A stretch of DNA of 60,802 bases, the filler included. It is 5 parts of 5 records of this genome, joined end to end, with 100 filler letters (N's around TTAATTAATTAA, not from the genome) between each part and the next. Parts side by side here need not be neighbours in the genome. Positions count along the whole stretch, not along the records: positions 20,177 to 34,954 come from DRR378314_523; positions 35,055 to 42,655 come from DRR378314_525; 3 more parts are not named here. One strand, 5' to 3'. The position numbers and the translations under genes are program-made. Of the stretch, positions 24,124-35,849 are shown one piece after another. Under the pieces are notes generated by a model that did no database searches, had not been told where the DNA came from, and saw only the letters and a list, made by a program, of their open reading frames with translations. Positions within the stretch are counted from its first letter, which is position 1. Every line of letters starts with the position of its first letter.

Positions 24124-27100
24124 GTACGCAAAGTGTGAGCACTTGTTGAGAAACCAATTGTATGGGACCTACGTCGATATGTAGCTTATACCACAGTGGA
24201 CTTGATTACAAAGAAAGCCTTGCTTGATTGGCGTTACCGAGAAAATGCAGAGGGCTCCGATATCATGATGGTAGCTCTCTTCGCTGGACAAATTATGAAA
24301 GAGTGTGGTACCTTCTCTTTGGCGTGCTTCGCGCGGGAGAGACCGCAGGCGCATTCTTGGGAGCAACGCCTTCTGCCCCCAAGAGCTCCCGAGTTTCAGC
24401 GAACTACTGCCATGCATCGCGGGTCACGGTGCTGTCGAATGAACGGCAGGCCTGCAAGATATACTGGAACGTGCGATCCCCAAGTGCCATGGAATAGCTT
24501 CATCGAATCAAGTGTGGTGGCCTTGGATACAATGGGAAATATTCTTTTGATTTTGTTCGCAACATTGCGGTTTGCTATCACTCTGCTACCTATGAGCCGG
24601 TATCAAAGGTCCCACTGGTGGAGTCGAGAGAGCCCACACGGGAAGAGTATGCTTTTCTCGTATAGGTTGGTCATTTTGTCGTATGTCCCTTCAACGTGCA
24701 GCATATACAGGTTCCATCGTAAAGACATATCTCTCTGCGCACGACGAACAGAGCAATATGCGAGTTTCCCGGCGTACGTGCGTCTTTGGGGCGCGTACCT
24801 GTGGCGATCGGCTTGTGATCCCGCCTCCTCGACGGTGAAAGAATTGTGTGCCGCGGAGACTGTGCATTCGTCCGGATGCGTGTAGGAGCAACTGGCTCAA
24901 ACGCTGTCCTCGGTTTGCCATGATCAGTGCCTGATTGGGAGATTTCTTCTTGATGAAAACTTGATGTCGCAGTCTTCGTAGACGTTTCTGCGCTCTCAGT
25001 GTCAAGAGCGCCCTCTGATCTCGATGGAGACATGTAGACTGCCAAAGCAGCCGAGCCGCTGCCCTTGACAAAGTCTGTACCAGTACAGTTCAGCAGTGTG
25101 AATTGCTTTGACACATCAGCTGGACAAGAAGCTCTTTCGTCCAGCACATATATCGCGTCCCTGGCATGATGCGACTGGTGCAGGGCGAGACTTTGAGAGT
25201 TATCAGTATTATGACACTTGTCAGATTGGTGCTGTACGCGGTACTTTGTACGGCGGGAGCAATCAAGGACCGCCCTGAGATATCGCGTAGCCCTGTCGCC
25301 GCTGTGCGCCGCGGCCTGCGTGCGTCGTGTGGGGCGAACCTGCGCAGAGAACTCTCCTCGCACTAGGCCAAGGAAATGTGTGCTAGGCTCAGCCTTCCTC
25401 TCCTGGCGATCTGCATTACAACTACAATTTCTATCGGAAAAGATTAGAGTCTGCCAACGGATGTCGGTGTCCGTGACGTGCTGACCTTGTGTAGTAAAAC
25501 CATCCAATGCTACCATTCGTTGGAAAATTGTCTCGGAACGTGACGAAGGAGCAGCTTGTATGTACGGACCAATGCGAAAATGCCAAGGAGCTCCCATACC
25601 TTTCCATCAGGTGGATTGCCGTATTACGTTTGGGTGAATTATGTATGCATAATGTCGAGCACGTTTCAGTAGGGAGCACTCACACAGTAGCGGCATCGTG
25701 CAAAGAGCACCGCAGCACGTGCTCGGCGTGCCGGGTCGCGCACGTGGATATAGGGTTAGGTAGTCCTACAAATGCTCAACGTCTCCCTGTGCAGCAAGCG
25801 GCGCACGAAGTCGCGTAGGGTGCTCTGACCGAGGACGGTCTCTTCGCGAACGGAAGTGCCCGCCCGCACGTAAAGCATCAGCATTGAACACACGCACGTG
25901 TAGCGGATACCCTCCTCCACTCTCTTTGTGGCCCGTCCAAATAGTTTGCGCGCTGCGAAGGACGGGAAAAGGTCTGTTGTAACAGAGCTGCGTCCCAGTA
26001 CAACACGAGCGCACTTCGCTGTTCTTGATCGCTCCCCTGTTAGATGCTCGTGGTGCTTACGTGCTATCATTTTTTCTGGCAATGCGTGCTTGATTTGCTC
26101 AGTGACACGCACCAATACCCGCCTACATGGATGGTTTGTCTTGTGAGCAATGGTGTGCTCCGGCGCAGCAGAATAGGATTATACACATCTTTCAAGGGGC
26201 GAGCTGCACTTGGTGTGGGCAAAAACAGCTCCCGCGACGCTCACTGGATGACGGACTCGAGAACTGGCCCTGACGTCTGTTGCTCCGCAGAAGGGCTATA
26301 GCTCTGTATAGCTTTGGCGCTGTACTTTCTCTCGTGCCAGCGAACCATGTGCTCATTAGTGGGAAAGTTAAGGGCAGTGGCGAGAAACGTGCCTTTGTTT
26401 CCCTCAGTATGCTTCCGATGCTTTGCAGAGCTGCAGCACATTTGGATCTTCGTTCTCCGCCTCATTTGGCCCTTTTCCTTTTCTATGGCGCACCGTGTTT
26501 CTTCGTGTACGTGCGTATACAGCCTGTATCTGTGTGGTGACTATCAGGATCGCGTGCTTGCGCTCCTTGCCGACGCAAGGTGGAACAAGAAATGCAGGAG
26601 CTCCCGTCGCTGGCTGGCCTGTGAATATATTCTCGAGCGAACCATCACGGTAAGGAAAAGGCTTCTTCTCGAACTCTTCACCTTCGTATAACAATTACAT
26701 ACGATGCGTCCTGCTAATAGTACATGTGGTGTCTTCTACTAGTGAGCGGTAGACAGAGACTACGTTGAGCGCGCCTTGTGAGACGCTCGAAGGGAGCACT
26801 GCGAATGCAGAGCACGGTGGGAAGTGCGCCAGTCCTTTGTTTCCGCTAACACAGACAACCACCTTTTATCCTACTTGGCTGCTAGAATCACGGTAGAAAA
26901 GAGTATAAAATTTATTAATCAGACAGCAGAAGTGCATTTGGTTCTGGCTCCCCCATTCGTGGTTTCTCTGGATTCTGTAGCAACAAAGTGTCGGCTCCCG
27001 ATGTGGAATATGCGCACACTGCAGGCGGCAGTGAGAAAGTCAGCTGCACTAGCATTGTTGCTCCGCGCAGACCTCCCGCCGGCCGTACTGAGGCTGCAAG

Positions 27101-27428
27101 TAAAAGAGAGCGAAGGCGAACTGATTGCAGGAATTTTTTGGTAGCTATGAATTCTATATACTGATGGGAATTATGGTGGAAACCTGGTGGAGACGGAGGA
27201 AATGGATCAAATCGATCAAGGCAATGGTGTTGGGCTTCCTCCTGTTACAATGTCTTACCTGGCAACGCGCGGTCTCCGCACGTTGCCACCTCGTGACATC
27301 AGCGCTTTCGCACATGCCTGTCGTTCACAGGATCGCATCTCTCAAAAATATTGTGACGGGTTTCTTTCTCTGCAGGTGGGTGTGGAGATATACATAGATA
27401 ATCCCTTCTGCGAGGGTTCGAGAAAGTG

Positions 27429-28922
27429 ATGGCGGAGGCGCAGCGTCGCGCCCGCTTGGGCCCTGTGCCGCGCGCGAGTTCGACGGCGCAGGTACCATTC
27501 CGCTCCTCACAGGATATTGGAAGGGCCGTTCCTAGCCGTGCTGGACCATCTTCACTTGTGCAAGTACGTATTGCAGCTCGATCATCGAGCAGTCTTAACG
27601 CTTCGCGACAAAGCGGGTCGTCAAGCTCGTCTGCGCTAGGAAGGTCGTCGACACCGGGCTACTCGCCTGCGTTTCGCCACCACACGACAGGGCACGTCGG
27701 ATGGAGTGCACCGGCGCGTTCGTACGCATTTTCCTCGAGTTTTGCTGGTGTCATGTTTCGCGACACGAGGCTTGGCGCGTTAGAACGGGAGGAGGAGCGC
27801 AAAGTTCGTGAGGAGATCAGGATAAAGGAAAAGGCTGCTCGACTGGCTGCCCTTCGCGACAAGGTTGAGCGCGAGCAGCTTGCGTTGCAGGCAGCGAAAG
27901 AACGACGTGCGCGCGAACGACTGGAGAGACGCCGCGCACGAGAGGAGCTGCGACATCACAGTGCAATCGTTATACAGTGTGCATTTCGAGGTTACCGGGC
28001 CCGTGCTCGGCGGAATGAGCTGGCTGGTGAGCGGCGTGCAATGCTTGGCGATTTCGCATCGGTTGTCCAATTGGCATTCCGGAGGTACTTGGCGCGCAAG
28101 CGCGCGCGCAGTGATCGTGCTCGGATCCGCCGTACGGAAGAGCTGGCGGCAAGCAACATTCAACGCTGTTTCCGCGGTTATCAAGGGAGAAAACAAGCTG
28201 CAAGAATCCGGAGGCAGCGGCAGCGGCGACAGGCTACGCTAACAATTCAGTGCTACTGGCGTGGGTACCGCGGTAGACAGCTCGCGAGACTTCACCGCAT
28301 TGAGCGAGACGTGCGAGAGGCCGAGAAGCGCGAACGAGAAAAGCGATTGCGCGAAGAGCTGCAGCGCGAGCGGTGTCGAAACTGCGGCGGGGCACGCGCT
28401 GCACCTGAGGCACGTTTTTGTATTCACTGCGGATGGAGGTTCATTGATCGGTCACAAGCGGCAGCAGCGCCGGAGGCATCGTCAGAACCTGCAGCAGCAA
28501 CAGATACCGACGGCGCGACAGAGCGAGATTCTGCCCATGTGGTCACTGCTGCGGCAGAAAGAGATCATGCGTCTTATGATAACGGCAGCTCCGAAGAGAC
28601 AAGTTTCCGTGTTACACGGGAAAGAAAGGCTGATCGTCTCCCAGCTGGAAGGGCTCAAATGCGCAATCCGAAGCCCAGTGCAGAGCCACGGCGCGCCCGC
28701 GCTCGCAGGCACCCCGAGCACAGGGTGACCCCAGGCGCCGCCGCAAGCACAGAGCACGTTCCTCGGCGGAGTAGTATATACGCTCCCACAAGAAGCAGCG
28801 TTGCCAAGGAGAAGCGACCGCAGACGCGCTGGAGGCGCGCAGCCTCGGTTCTCGCTATGCGCGAGCGAGCGCAGCAAGGCCGCCCCGTGCGGAATCGGCG
28901 CGCTGCACAAGCTGCAGGCTAA
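27429..28922 (+). CDS. IQ-motif (calmodulin-binding) protein with a zinc ribbon
   Basis: Four IQ motifs (IQCAFRGYRAR, VQLAFRRYLAR, IQRCFRGYQGR, IQCYWRGYRGR), charged helical segments, then CRNCG-x9-FCIHCG. The start and any upstream exons are uncertain. Confidence 0.8.
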   Translation: MAEAQRRARLGPVPRASSTAQVPFRSSQDIGRAVPSRAGPSSLVQVRIAARSSSSLNASRQSGSSSSSALGRSSTPGYSPAFRHHTTGHVGWSAPARSYAFSSSFAGVMFRDTRLGALEREEERKVREEIRIKEKAARLAALRDKVEREQLALQAAKERRARERLERRRAREELRHHSAIVIQCAFRGYRARARRNELAGERRAMLGDFASVVQLAFRRYLARKRARSDRARIRRTEELAASNIQRCFRGYQGRKQAARIRRQRQRRQATLTIQCYWRGYRGRQLARLHRIERDVREAEKREREKRLREELQRERCRNCGGARAAPEARFCIHCGWRFIDRSQAAAAPEASSEPAAATDTDGATERDSAHVVTAAAERDHASYDNGSSEETSFRVTRERKADRLPAGRAQMRNPKPSAEPRRARARRHPEHRVTPGAAASTEHVPRRSSIYAPTRSSVAKEKRPQTRWRRAASVLAMRERAQQGRPVRNRRAAQAAG

Positions 28923-29451
28923 AGGCGGAGCAGTGGTTGCAGAGGAGAAGCGAATGCGCGATTGGGGCACACTGGCGGGCCCATGATACGATGAGAAGTA
29001 TCATATGTACCTCATATATACATGAAGCCGAAAGCATTGAGCGACAGTCGCGCGTGAAGCCCGCAGCGCACAGCTGTTTCCGCCTCGGGACCGCGAGTAA
29101 TTCCACGCTAGCATGGAAAGTTGTGGTGCTATGCACTCCCCTAGGCCGCGCTGTGCCACTCACAAACGAACCACGGCGATAGCCGTATCCCGAATATATA
29201 TATATATATTTGTTGGGTCGCTTGCAGTTGGTGCACTGTGCCCTGGTACAAAACAAAGAAAGGGAATAAATCGCTCTTCGCCCAGTCGTGTACCCGTGCA
29301 CGTACTGCGTTTGGGCGCAATGCAAAACCAACTGCAGATTCCTGGCTGCGCCACGGCAAGCGAAGCCAAGTGTACGAAACGTAAAACATGTACTTTGACG
29401 GATACGCAGGAATTGCGATACATCTCGCTTCAAACAAACGATTTAACACGT

Positions 29452-30833
29452 TCATTCAGACTTGGGCTGTTTGTTTTCTTGCCGAGTAGCCTACAGGAAA
29501 GATTTTATATTGCGCATCAACGTCGACAACCATGCGCGGAGAAGTCAGTTGTGTGTGAGCGCGGTGCTTCTGTGGTCGACACGTGCAGGTGAACAATAGG
29601 CGTCAGTTTTTCAAACGAATACCATATACAGAGTTGCACCTCGAGTTAGCGAAGCCCAACATCGTGCGAGTGGTGGTGTAAACGAGCCCAGTAGCGATGA
29701 TAGCATTAGGTTCCCATTGTGTGTTGGGAGCGCGCCGGGAGTAGGCGACTGAGGAAAGTAGAGTACGAACGCACCGCTGCCATCATCTGCCCGACCGCCG
29801 ACGTCCCCACTTCCATAGCCTTTTCAGTGATCGCCGTTGCCGCAGAATTTACAGAATCGCCAAAGCGATCCTTACTCTTTTTCAAGTGACCGTCGATATC
29901 CTTCTCGTTCGAGAGAAGAAACGGGCGAAGGAAGCCCCGGTACACGTAGTACGCGCCGTTGAACTTGGGGTGCTGGAGCCACACCAGGAACGCAATCTTT
30001 GCTTCGTAGTAGAATGGGAACCTGCAAGGAAAAAGGCCGCAGCGCGAGAACAGGAAGGGTCGAACATGAATCAATATCATTACATCGAGTATATATTTCC
30101 GCCACGCGCAGAGAGCCTACGCGGCGCCACCCTTAGACGGCTCGGAAGAACCATGTGCGCGGGGGCAAGGCGCGGCGAGGAAACGCGCCAAGCGCGCGCT
30201 CCCAAGTGCTCAGGCCATATCGGTCCAAGCGATGCGAAGCAACAAACGTACCACGACAGAAGCCAGCCGACAAAGTATTCCGCGACAGTGAATGCCGCGA
30301 AAATTACCCAGTACGTGAGCCACTACAACGATGGAAATACAAGGAATCGGATTACGAAGACAAGGCGGAAATGCCGACACGCGTCCACGGTGAGAAAAAG
30401 CGAGACTGGTGCAGCGCGCGCGGCCACTGCCCTCGGCGAGACCGTGACGCGACAAAGATGCAAGCAGACTCACAGCGTAGCTACGAAGCGTGCATGAGCT
30501 CCCCGTCGTTTCCCGCCCCTGCGTCCTCACCTGCGTGTCGTCGTTCTTTGTTTCAGTTTCGAGAGCCTTGAAACTCATGTATGCTGGGTATAAAACGCCA
30601 ATAAATTGGCTGCGGAGGAATTCCGCGCCGGCAAAAAAGGAACAGTGCGTCGCATAAGCAGCACGTCAGCGACCGAGCTTGTGTTCCTTGCGTCGTGCTT
30701 ATATCTGCGCACGTCACCGCAGGAAATAGCTCGTCGTTGTCGCCGGGACTTTTGCTATGGAGCGGTGACGAGTATCTCAGCAGGCGCCGCTAAGAACATA
30801 CCATAGAATGCCAGAAAGAGCCCATCCAATCAT
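29452..30833 (-). CDS. HVA22/TB2-DP1/REEP (Yop1-like) ER-shaping membrane protein, 5 exons
   Basis: Spliced: MIGWALSGILC (30802-30833) / QFIGVLYPAYMSFKALETETKNDDTQ / WLTYWVIFAAFTVAEYFVGWLLSW / FPFYYEAKIAFLVWLQHPKFNGAYYVYRGFLRPFL... / putative last exon ATRQENKQPKSE* (29452-29490). Confidence 0.92.
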
Positions 30834-31870
30834 TTCGGAATTTTGGAGCACAAAGGCGGTGCGACTGCGTGCGGGGAAAAAACAGCGATCGTTACGTCGT
30901 TCAGATGCACGAAAACGGGTCAGCGGGACGCACTGTGGGAGGGAGCGCGGGAAGCTCGCTGTGTGTACAGGCCCTTGACTGCGTCATTCTTCTCCCAGTA
31001 AGAGCCAAGTGTCGCTTCGCTGCGCAGGTCACTAGCAACCAAAGCAATGGTGGAGCGCTGGACGGTGTCATCTCGGTGTAGTGCAGAATTTGTCTCGCAC
31101 GTTTGTCAGTATGACAATGAATGAACTCCAACTTTCGGCTACATATATATCGATTGTATGCGATGCGATTCTTGTTGGTATCTTGCTGTTCAGGGGCGTA
31201 TGCTCTGGAGAAAGTGCGAGGAGTTCGCGTCCGGGGCTTCCGAGGAGACGCCTATCTTCTCGCAGTCGGCCGCCATCGGTTTGCACAGCTCAGCTCCTGC
31301 CTGGGAAACTGAACGCTCCCTCTCGTAGACCGGCCTGGTGCCCTTGCCATCTGCTTTGCTCTTCCGCCCTCCATCCTCTTCCCTAATCATGCGCAAATCG
31401 TAGTGTTGCGTCCTACGGTAGAGGGGATCTAAAGCCTACGAAACCATTCGCGCTTTCGCACCTTGCGCGAGTGCGTCGCTTGTCGCAGGTTCTCGGGCTT
31501 CTTGGGCTGAGGTGTGCAGCAGCGGAGAAGGATTCCCCGCGCTGCCCTAGGCCGTCAAAGTTTCCCACCAAGAATGGCCGCAACAAGCCCTGCCCAGGTA
31601 CCGTCTCTGTACAGAATCCTGTACATGCAGCACAAAAAAGCCGAAGTGTTTCTTTGCTACTTCCACAATGAAGCGTCATACGCAAGAATATAGTGTGAGA
31701 GTTCAACTATCTTTACTCCTGAGCGAGGCGGCTCGCCAGCTCGATTGCGCGCGCTCGAATATGTGGTTAACGGTATAGGGTATGTATTTCCTTAGTCCAC
31801 TTGCTAGTGCATGCGCTGGCAGCGCACGGCGCTCGCGAACGCTCGCAACCGTGCGCGTGTACGTCGCTGC

Positions 31871-34800
31871 GATGGACCTGCTCAAGGGCGCCAACGCTGA
31901 CCTCGAGGACTTTGACGCGTACCTCGAGAGCTCTCTGGTATGTTTCACGCTCCAGCAGACATCATCATCCGCATATGCATTTTTTCGTATATGCTTTTCC
32001 GATTCGAAGGAATTTCTGTTCCTAGTGCGTTCTCGTGTCGCAGTGTTGCAAGTGCGGTTCCGGGCGGAGTTTTCTACGCTAATTTGCGCGGAGCGCAGGT
32101 TTGTCGCCTCGGACACACCAGCTCGCGTGTCAGTGTGTGCGTGCGCGTATGTTTATCAACCTTTTGTATGCCCCGTTTGGCCGGGACTCCTCGCACCTCC
32201 TCTTTGCCAACCACATGTCAAAATTGGCAGTTGTGCGCTAATAGATCGTTGGCAAGGTTGCCATTTGCGGCGAGACCGCTCGCAATGCCGAAGCGCCGCA
32301 GATCCGACAGCTACGTGCTGCGAAACTATTTGCGCGGGAAAACAGCCTTCCCCGTCCGCGGCAGCACGTCGCTCATTCTAGTACAGATCAAGAGCCGCAA
32401 GTTGATTGCCCATCCGTTCAGAGTAGTATTATTGAAGGAACTTGTAATGCATGATATTGCACTTGTAATTCGTGCTGCGTTGTATGCGACGGAGAAGGCG
32501 CTTGCTCCCGTCCCCCCGCAAATGGCAGCATACACTGTTCTCTGGAAGCACGCGCGCTGATTGTGCGACCTTCCTCGCGAGATTCTCGGCGCCGCCGTTG
32601 CTAAATCGCAGCACTTCGGTGCCAGGCAGGCTAAGAAGCGCTTGTATCATTTACTGTATATGGTGCTCCTTCTTGCGTACTTTTGCGGGCAAATAGTCCT
32701 CTCGTACTTCCTGCTGGTCGTGTTGAGTTGTTTGGAGCTCCGTACAGAGAAGCAGCGGTATTCCGCGCGCTGAGCGTTGTTCAAAGTACTTGACAGACAC
32801 TTCGTACTGGAACGTGCGTGCCGTTTCCCCCGCGCTCCTTTTTTGTCACTGCGTCATGGACGTGACTTGCCGTTGTGTATTTCATTTCGCTGCACAGGGA
32901 CTTGAGGCGACTCCGCTTCGCTTTCGGCATTCGTCTGCAGCAAGCACATCTGGCGTGTCCCGCAGCCCAGCGCGAGGCGAGGTCGTTGGCGCGCAGGACC
33001 TCGAGGTGCGTTTGTAACCAAGGGGCGCGGGGCGCTGGATCGCATTGGTCGCCTTCGCTGGCCGCTTGTTGTCCTCGAAAGCTTACGCCCTTTTCTACTC
33101 TTGACAATCTTTTTCAATTTCACGTACGTGCTTTTTTCATTCATCGCTGCCGTGTTCATCATTTTCAGAGCTCTACGTCCTACGTCAACGATGTGTTGCG
33201 AACGCTGGGGATCACGGATCGGGTCGACCTGGCGTCAACAGATCCGTCGGCAGCTACATCCATTGTGCAGGCGATGTACGCCCTTTTGAGGGTACGTCGT
33301 GCACGCATCATGATTGATTCTTTTGTTTTAATGTGTCGCTATGTTGTACTTATGCGTGGATGTGGGAATATTGGGAGCGTATGGTCAGAAATGCAAATTC
33401 GGACGTCGTAGGGTATGACATGGGAATTATGCAGCGCGCTTTCTGTGCGTCGTCACCGTGCTCCGATGAGATCAGTCTGCCGGGCAAGCGGAAATCGCAC
33501 TCCGTTTATTCCATCTCCTGCACACTCCTCAATGTTTGGTAAGCTACTCGGTCAATCTCTGCTGTATGTGCGTGTGCTCGTAGCGGCGCCAGCGAGATGT
33601 GGAAAGTCGCGAAGCGGTAGACCAACGGCTTGCTCGCGCGGAGGCAGACCTGAACAATCTCCGGCAGAAAGAGGTACGACATGCTGTGGACGTAGTTGCC
33701 TAAGGGAGGTGAACGTGTCCTGAAAAGAGAGAGAGGCAGCAGAAGGGACTAGTCTTTCCACTTGTTTACTTTTGCGAAAGATCAAGATGGCAGATTGACA
33801 GCACGCGAAAATCTGTCGCGATTGACAGCAAAGAGTTTCGAGTGGAGGAAGTAGGGAGTCAAGGAGCGGCTGCTCACCGACGAAGGCGAGCGTGAGCACC
33901 GCTCCCGTTTTGCATGATGTAGACTGATTGTCCCTCCGTCTACGTGTTGTATTTCGCTGCGCATTTTCCTCGCAGAGGAGGCTACAGGAGCAGCTAGAAA
34001 ACGCGCAGCGCGATGCCTCGCAGCTCGCGCTGAAAGAAAAGGCGACTGCGCAGTCTGTAAAGCAGCAGCTCCAGCAGCTCACCGCCGAAAAAGAGGTGCG
34101 TGCAGCGCTTTGGATATCTTGAGACAATGTGTGTCATTCTAATTTCTGTATAGTATTGTGCTCAAACACTGTGTGGGGTCGGAAAGACGGGAAAGCAACA
34201 ACGGCGGGCGTCTTCGCAGGCACGACACCGAGTGCTTGCTATACACCATTGAAGCTATCGATTTCGTTCCGCTCGTCTTCCTCTGCTGTTTGGAACCAGG
34301 AATATTCGCGCATGGTCAAGCAGCTGAAGCATCGCGAAGCACAGTTCAAGGGCGAGATCCGGAAGCGCGAGAATGAGCTTACCAAGGTTCAGGAGCGACT
34401 GCAGAGTGTGCTCAGCGACCGCAAGGTGGACGGTCGCGGCTCAATAACGATGAGCGCCGCGATGCCTCGCGAGGGAAAGCGGTCGACATGGGCCGTTGGC
34501 GAGCAAAGCGACGGCCAATTCTTCCAGCAAGTGTTGCAGCAGTACGAGCAGCGTTCGAAGGATCTGTTGAGCGAAAACGAACGCTTTCGCGAACTCGTGC
34601 GTCTTGTCCAGCGCAGCATCGCCGCCGTTGTGGACAGCGACCTCCAAGGCGATGATTCCTCTAGTGCGGCGGATCGCTCCGAGTTGCCAGTCGATGACAT
34701 CGAGGACGAGCTCGAGGCAACTCTTCACGAAAAACTCGAGGCGATCAAGGAGTACACCGAGTCTGTACGATCGGACGCTGATGAGAAACGCAAGGCAATG

Positions 34801-34954
34801 GAGGCGAACCAGAAGCGTATTGCTGCGCTCGAGAAGGAGGCGAAGGAGCTGCGTCGCGTCGTCGCGGAGCAAGACGACATGCTGCAGAATGCGCTGAGCA
34901 GCAGTCAGGGTGTCGGGCAAACGCTCCCTTCCGCGTACGTTGCTGCGTCGACCT
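31871..34954 (+). CDS. Afadin/alpha-actinin-binding (ADIP) family protein, SSX2IP/Msd1-like microtubule-anchoring factor; multi-exon, 3'-truncated
   Basis: Exons give SYVNDVLRTLG...IVQAMYALLR / RRQRDVESREAVDQRLAR / ...QLTAEKE / EYSRMVKQLKHREAQFKGEIRKRENELTKVQERLQSVL, matching the ADIP pattern as recalled. The first exon MDLLKGANADLEDFDAYLESSL is tentative. Confidence 0.75.
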
Positions 34955-35054
34955 NNNNNNNNNNNNNNNNNNNNNNNNNNNNNNNNNNNNNNNNNNNNTT
35001 AATTAATTAANNNNNNNNNNNNNNNNNNNNNNNNNNNNNNNNNNNNNNNNNNNN
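34955..35054. other. Artificial contig spacer
   Basis: N44 + TTAATTAATTAA + N44. Confidence 0.99.
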
Positions 35055-35849
35055 CGGGAACGCGGATACGGTGGGAGCGAGAGGTGCGCTTGCAACCCGC
35101 CGATGCGGTGCGTTGATGGTGGAGGGAAGGAGAAAGGGCACGTACGCGGTGCAGCGCCGCGCGCGCGTTGTGCTGCGCTCGTGGTGGTGGTGCAATGGCG
35201 CGCTCGTGCTCCTGTGCGCACCTGGACGCACACGTTCCGTATCTGCCGTCACTGCATCGCTGCTGTTATGAGCACGTGACGAGTGTGCGGTGGATGTGGA
35301 CGCTGCGGTGTCGGCGGTACGCGCATCTGTTCCGTCCGTGCCGCGCGCGCTCTGCGCCTCGGCGCGCCCGAATCGCACAAGTGCAGGTTCAGTTTCGCGT
35401 CGATCCCGCACTTGATCATCGACGGGAGCGCACTGCTCTTCGCGCTGCAGCAAAGGAAGGCATCAAACACACCGCAGCATACTCGCGAAGAAGGCGTGAA
35501 CACATACGAGTGAACACGGTAGAGCGGTCGTGCTCTTCCACAGGGAACGTGCGCAGACATCGAGGAGACGAGAGTAGTACTCTCCACCTCTTCGTCCGAG
35601 TACGTCACCGCGAGGGCTCTCTGCTTGTGTTTTCTGTGCGCTACGATCGATGTGATAAGCCGTCAATAGGATGACAGTACCATAGATGCGCGGGACGATT
35701 GATAGCACGATACTATCATCCGCCGCGTGTATCGGTTCTTGTTTGCGTGTACAGCTACATATGTTCGTGCAGCCGCACGTACTCTACGCGCCAAACGCGC
35801 GTGGCGCACACGAAATGGAGCGTCACACAAAATCACTGCGCTGCGGAAG

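Noticed and set aside
28801..28986. Programmed frameshift extending the IQ protein
   Set aside because: The overlapping frame is short and has no slippery site or recognisable motif. Chance or an unseen intron explains it equally well.
29194..29209. (AT)n microsatellite
   Set aside because: A short, ordinary intergenic or UTR repeat between convergent genes.
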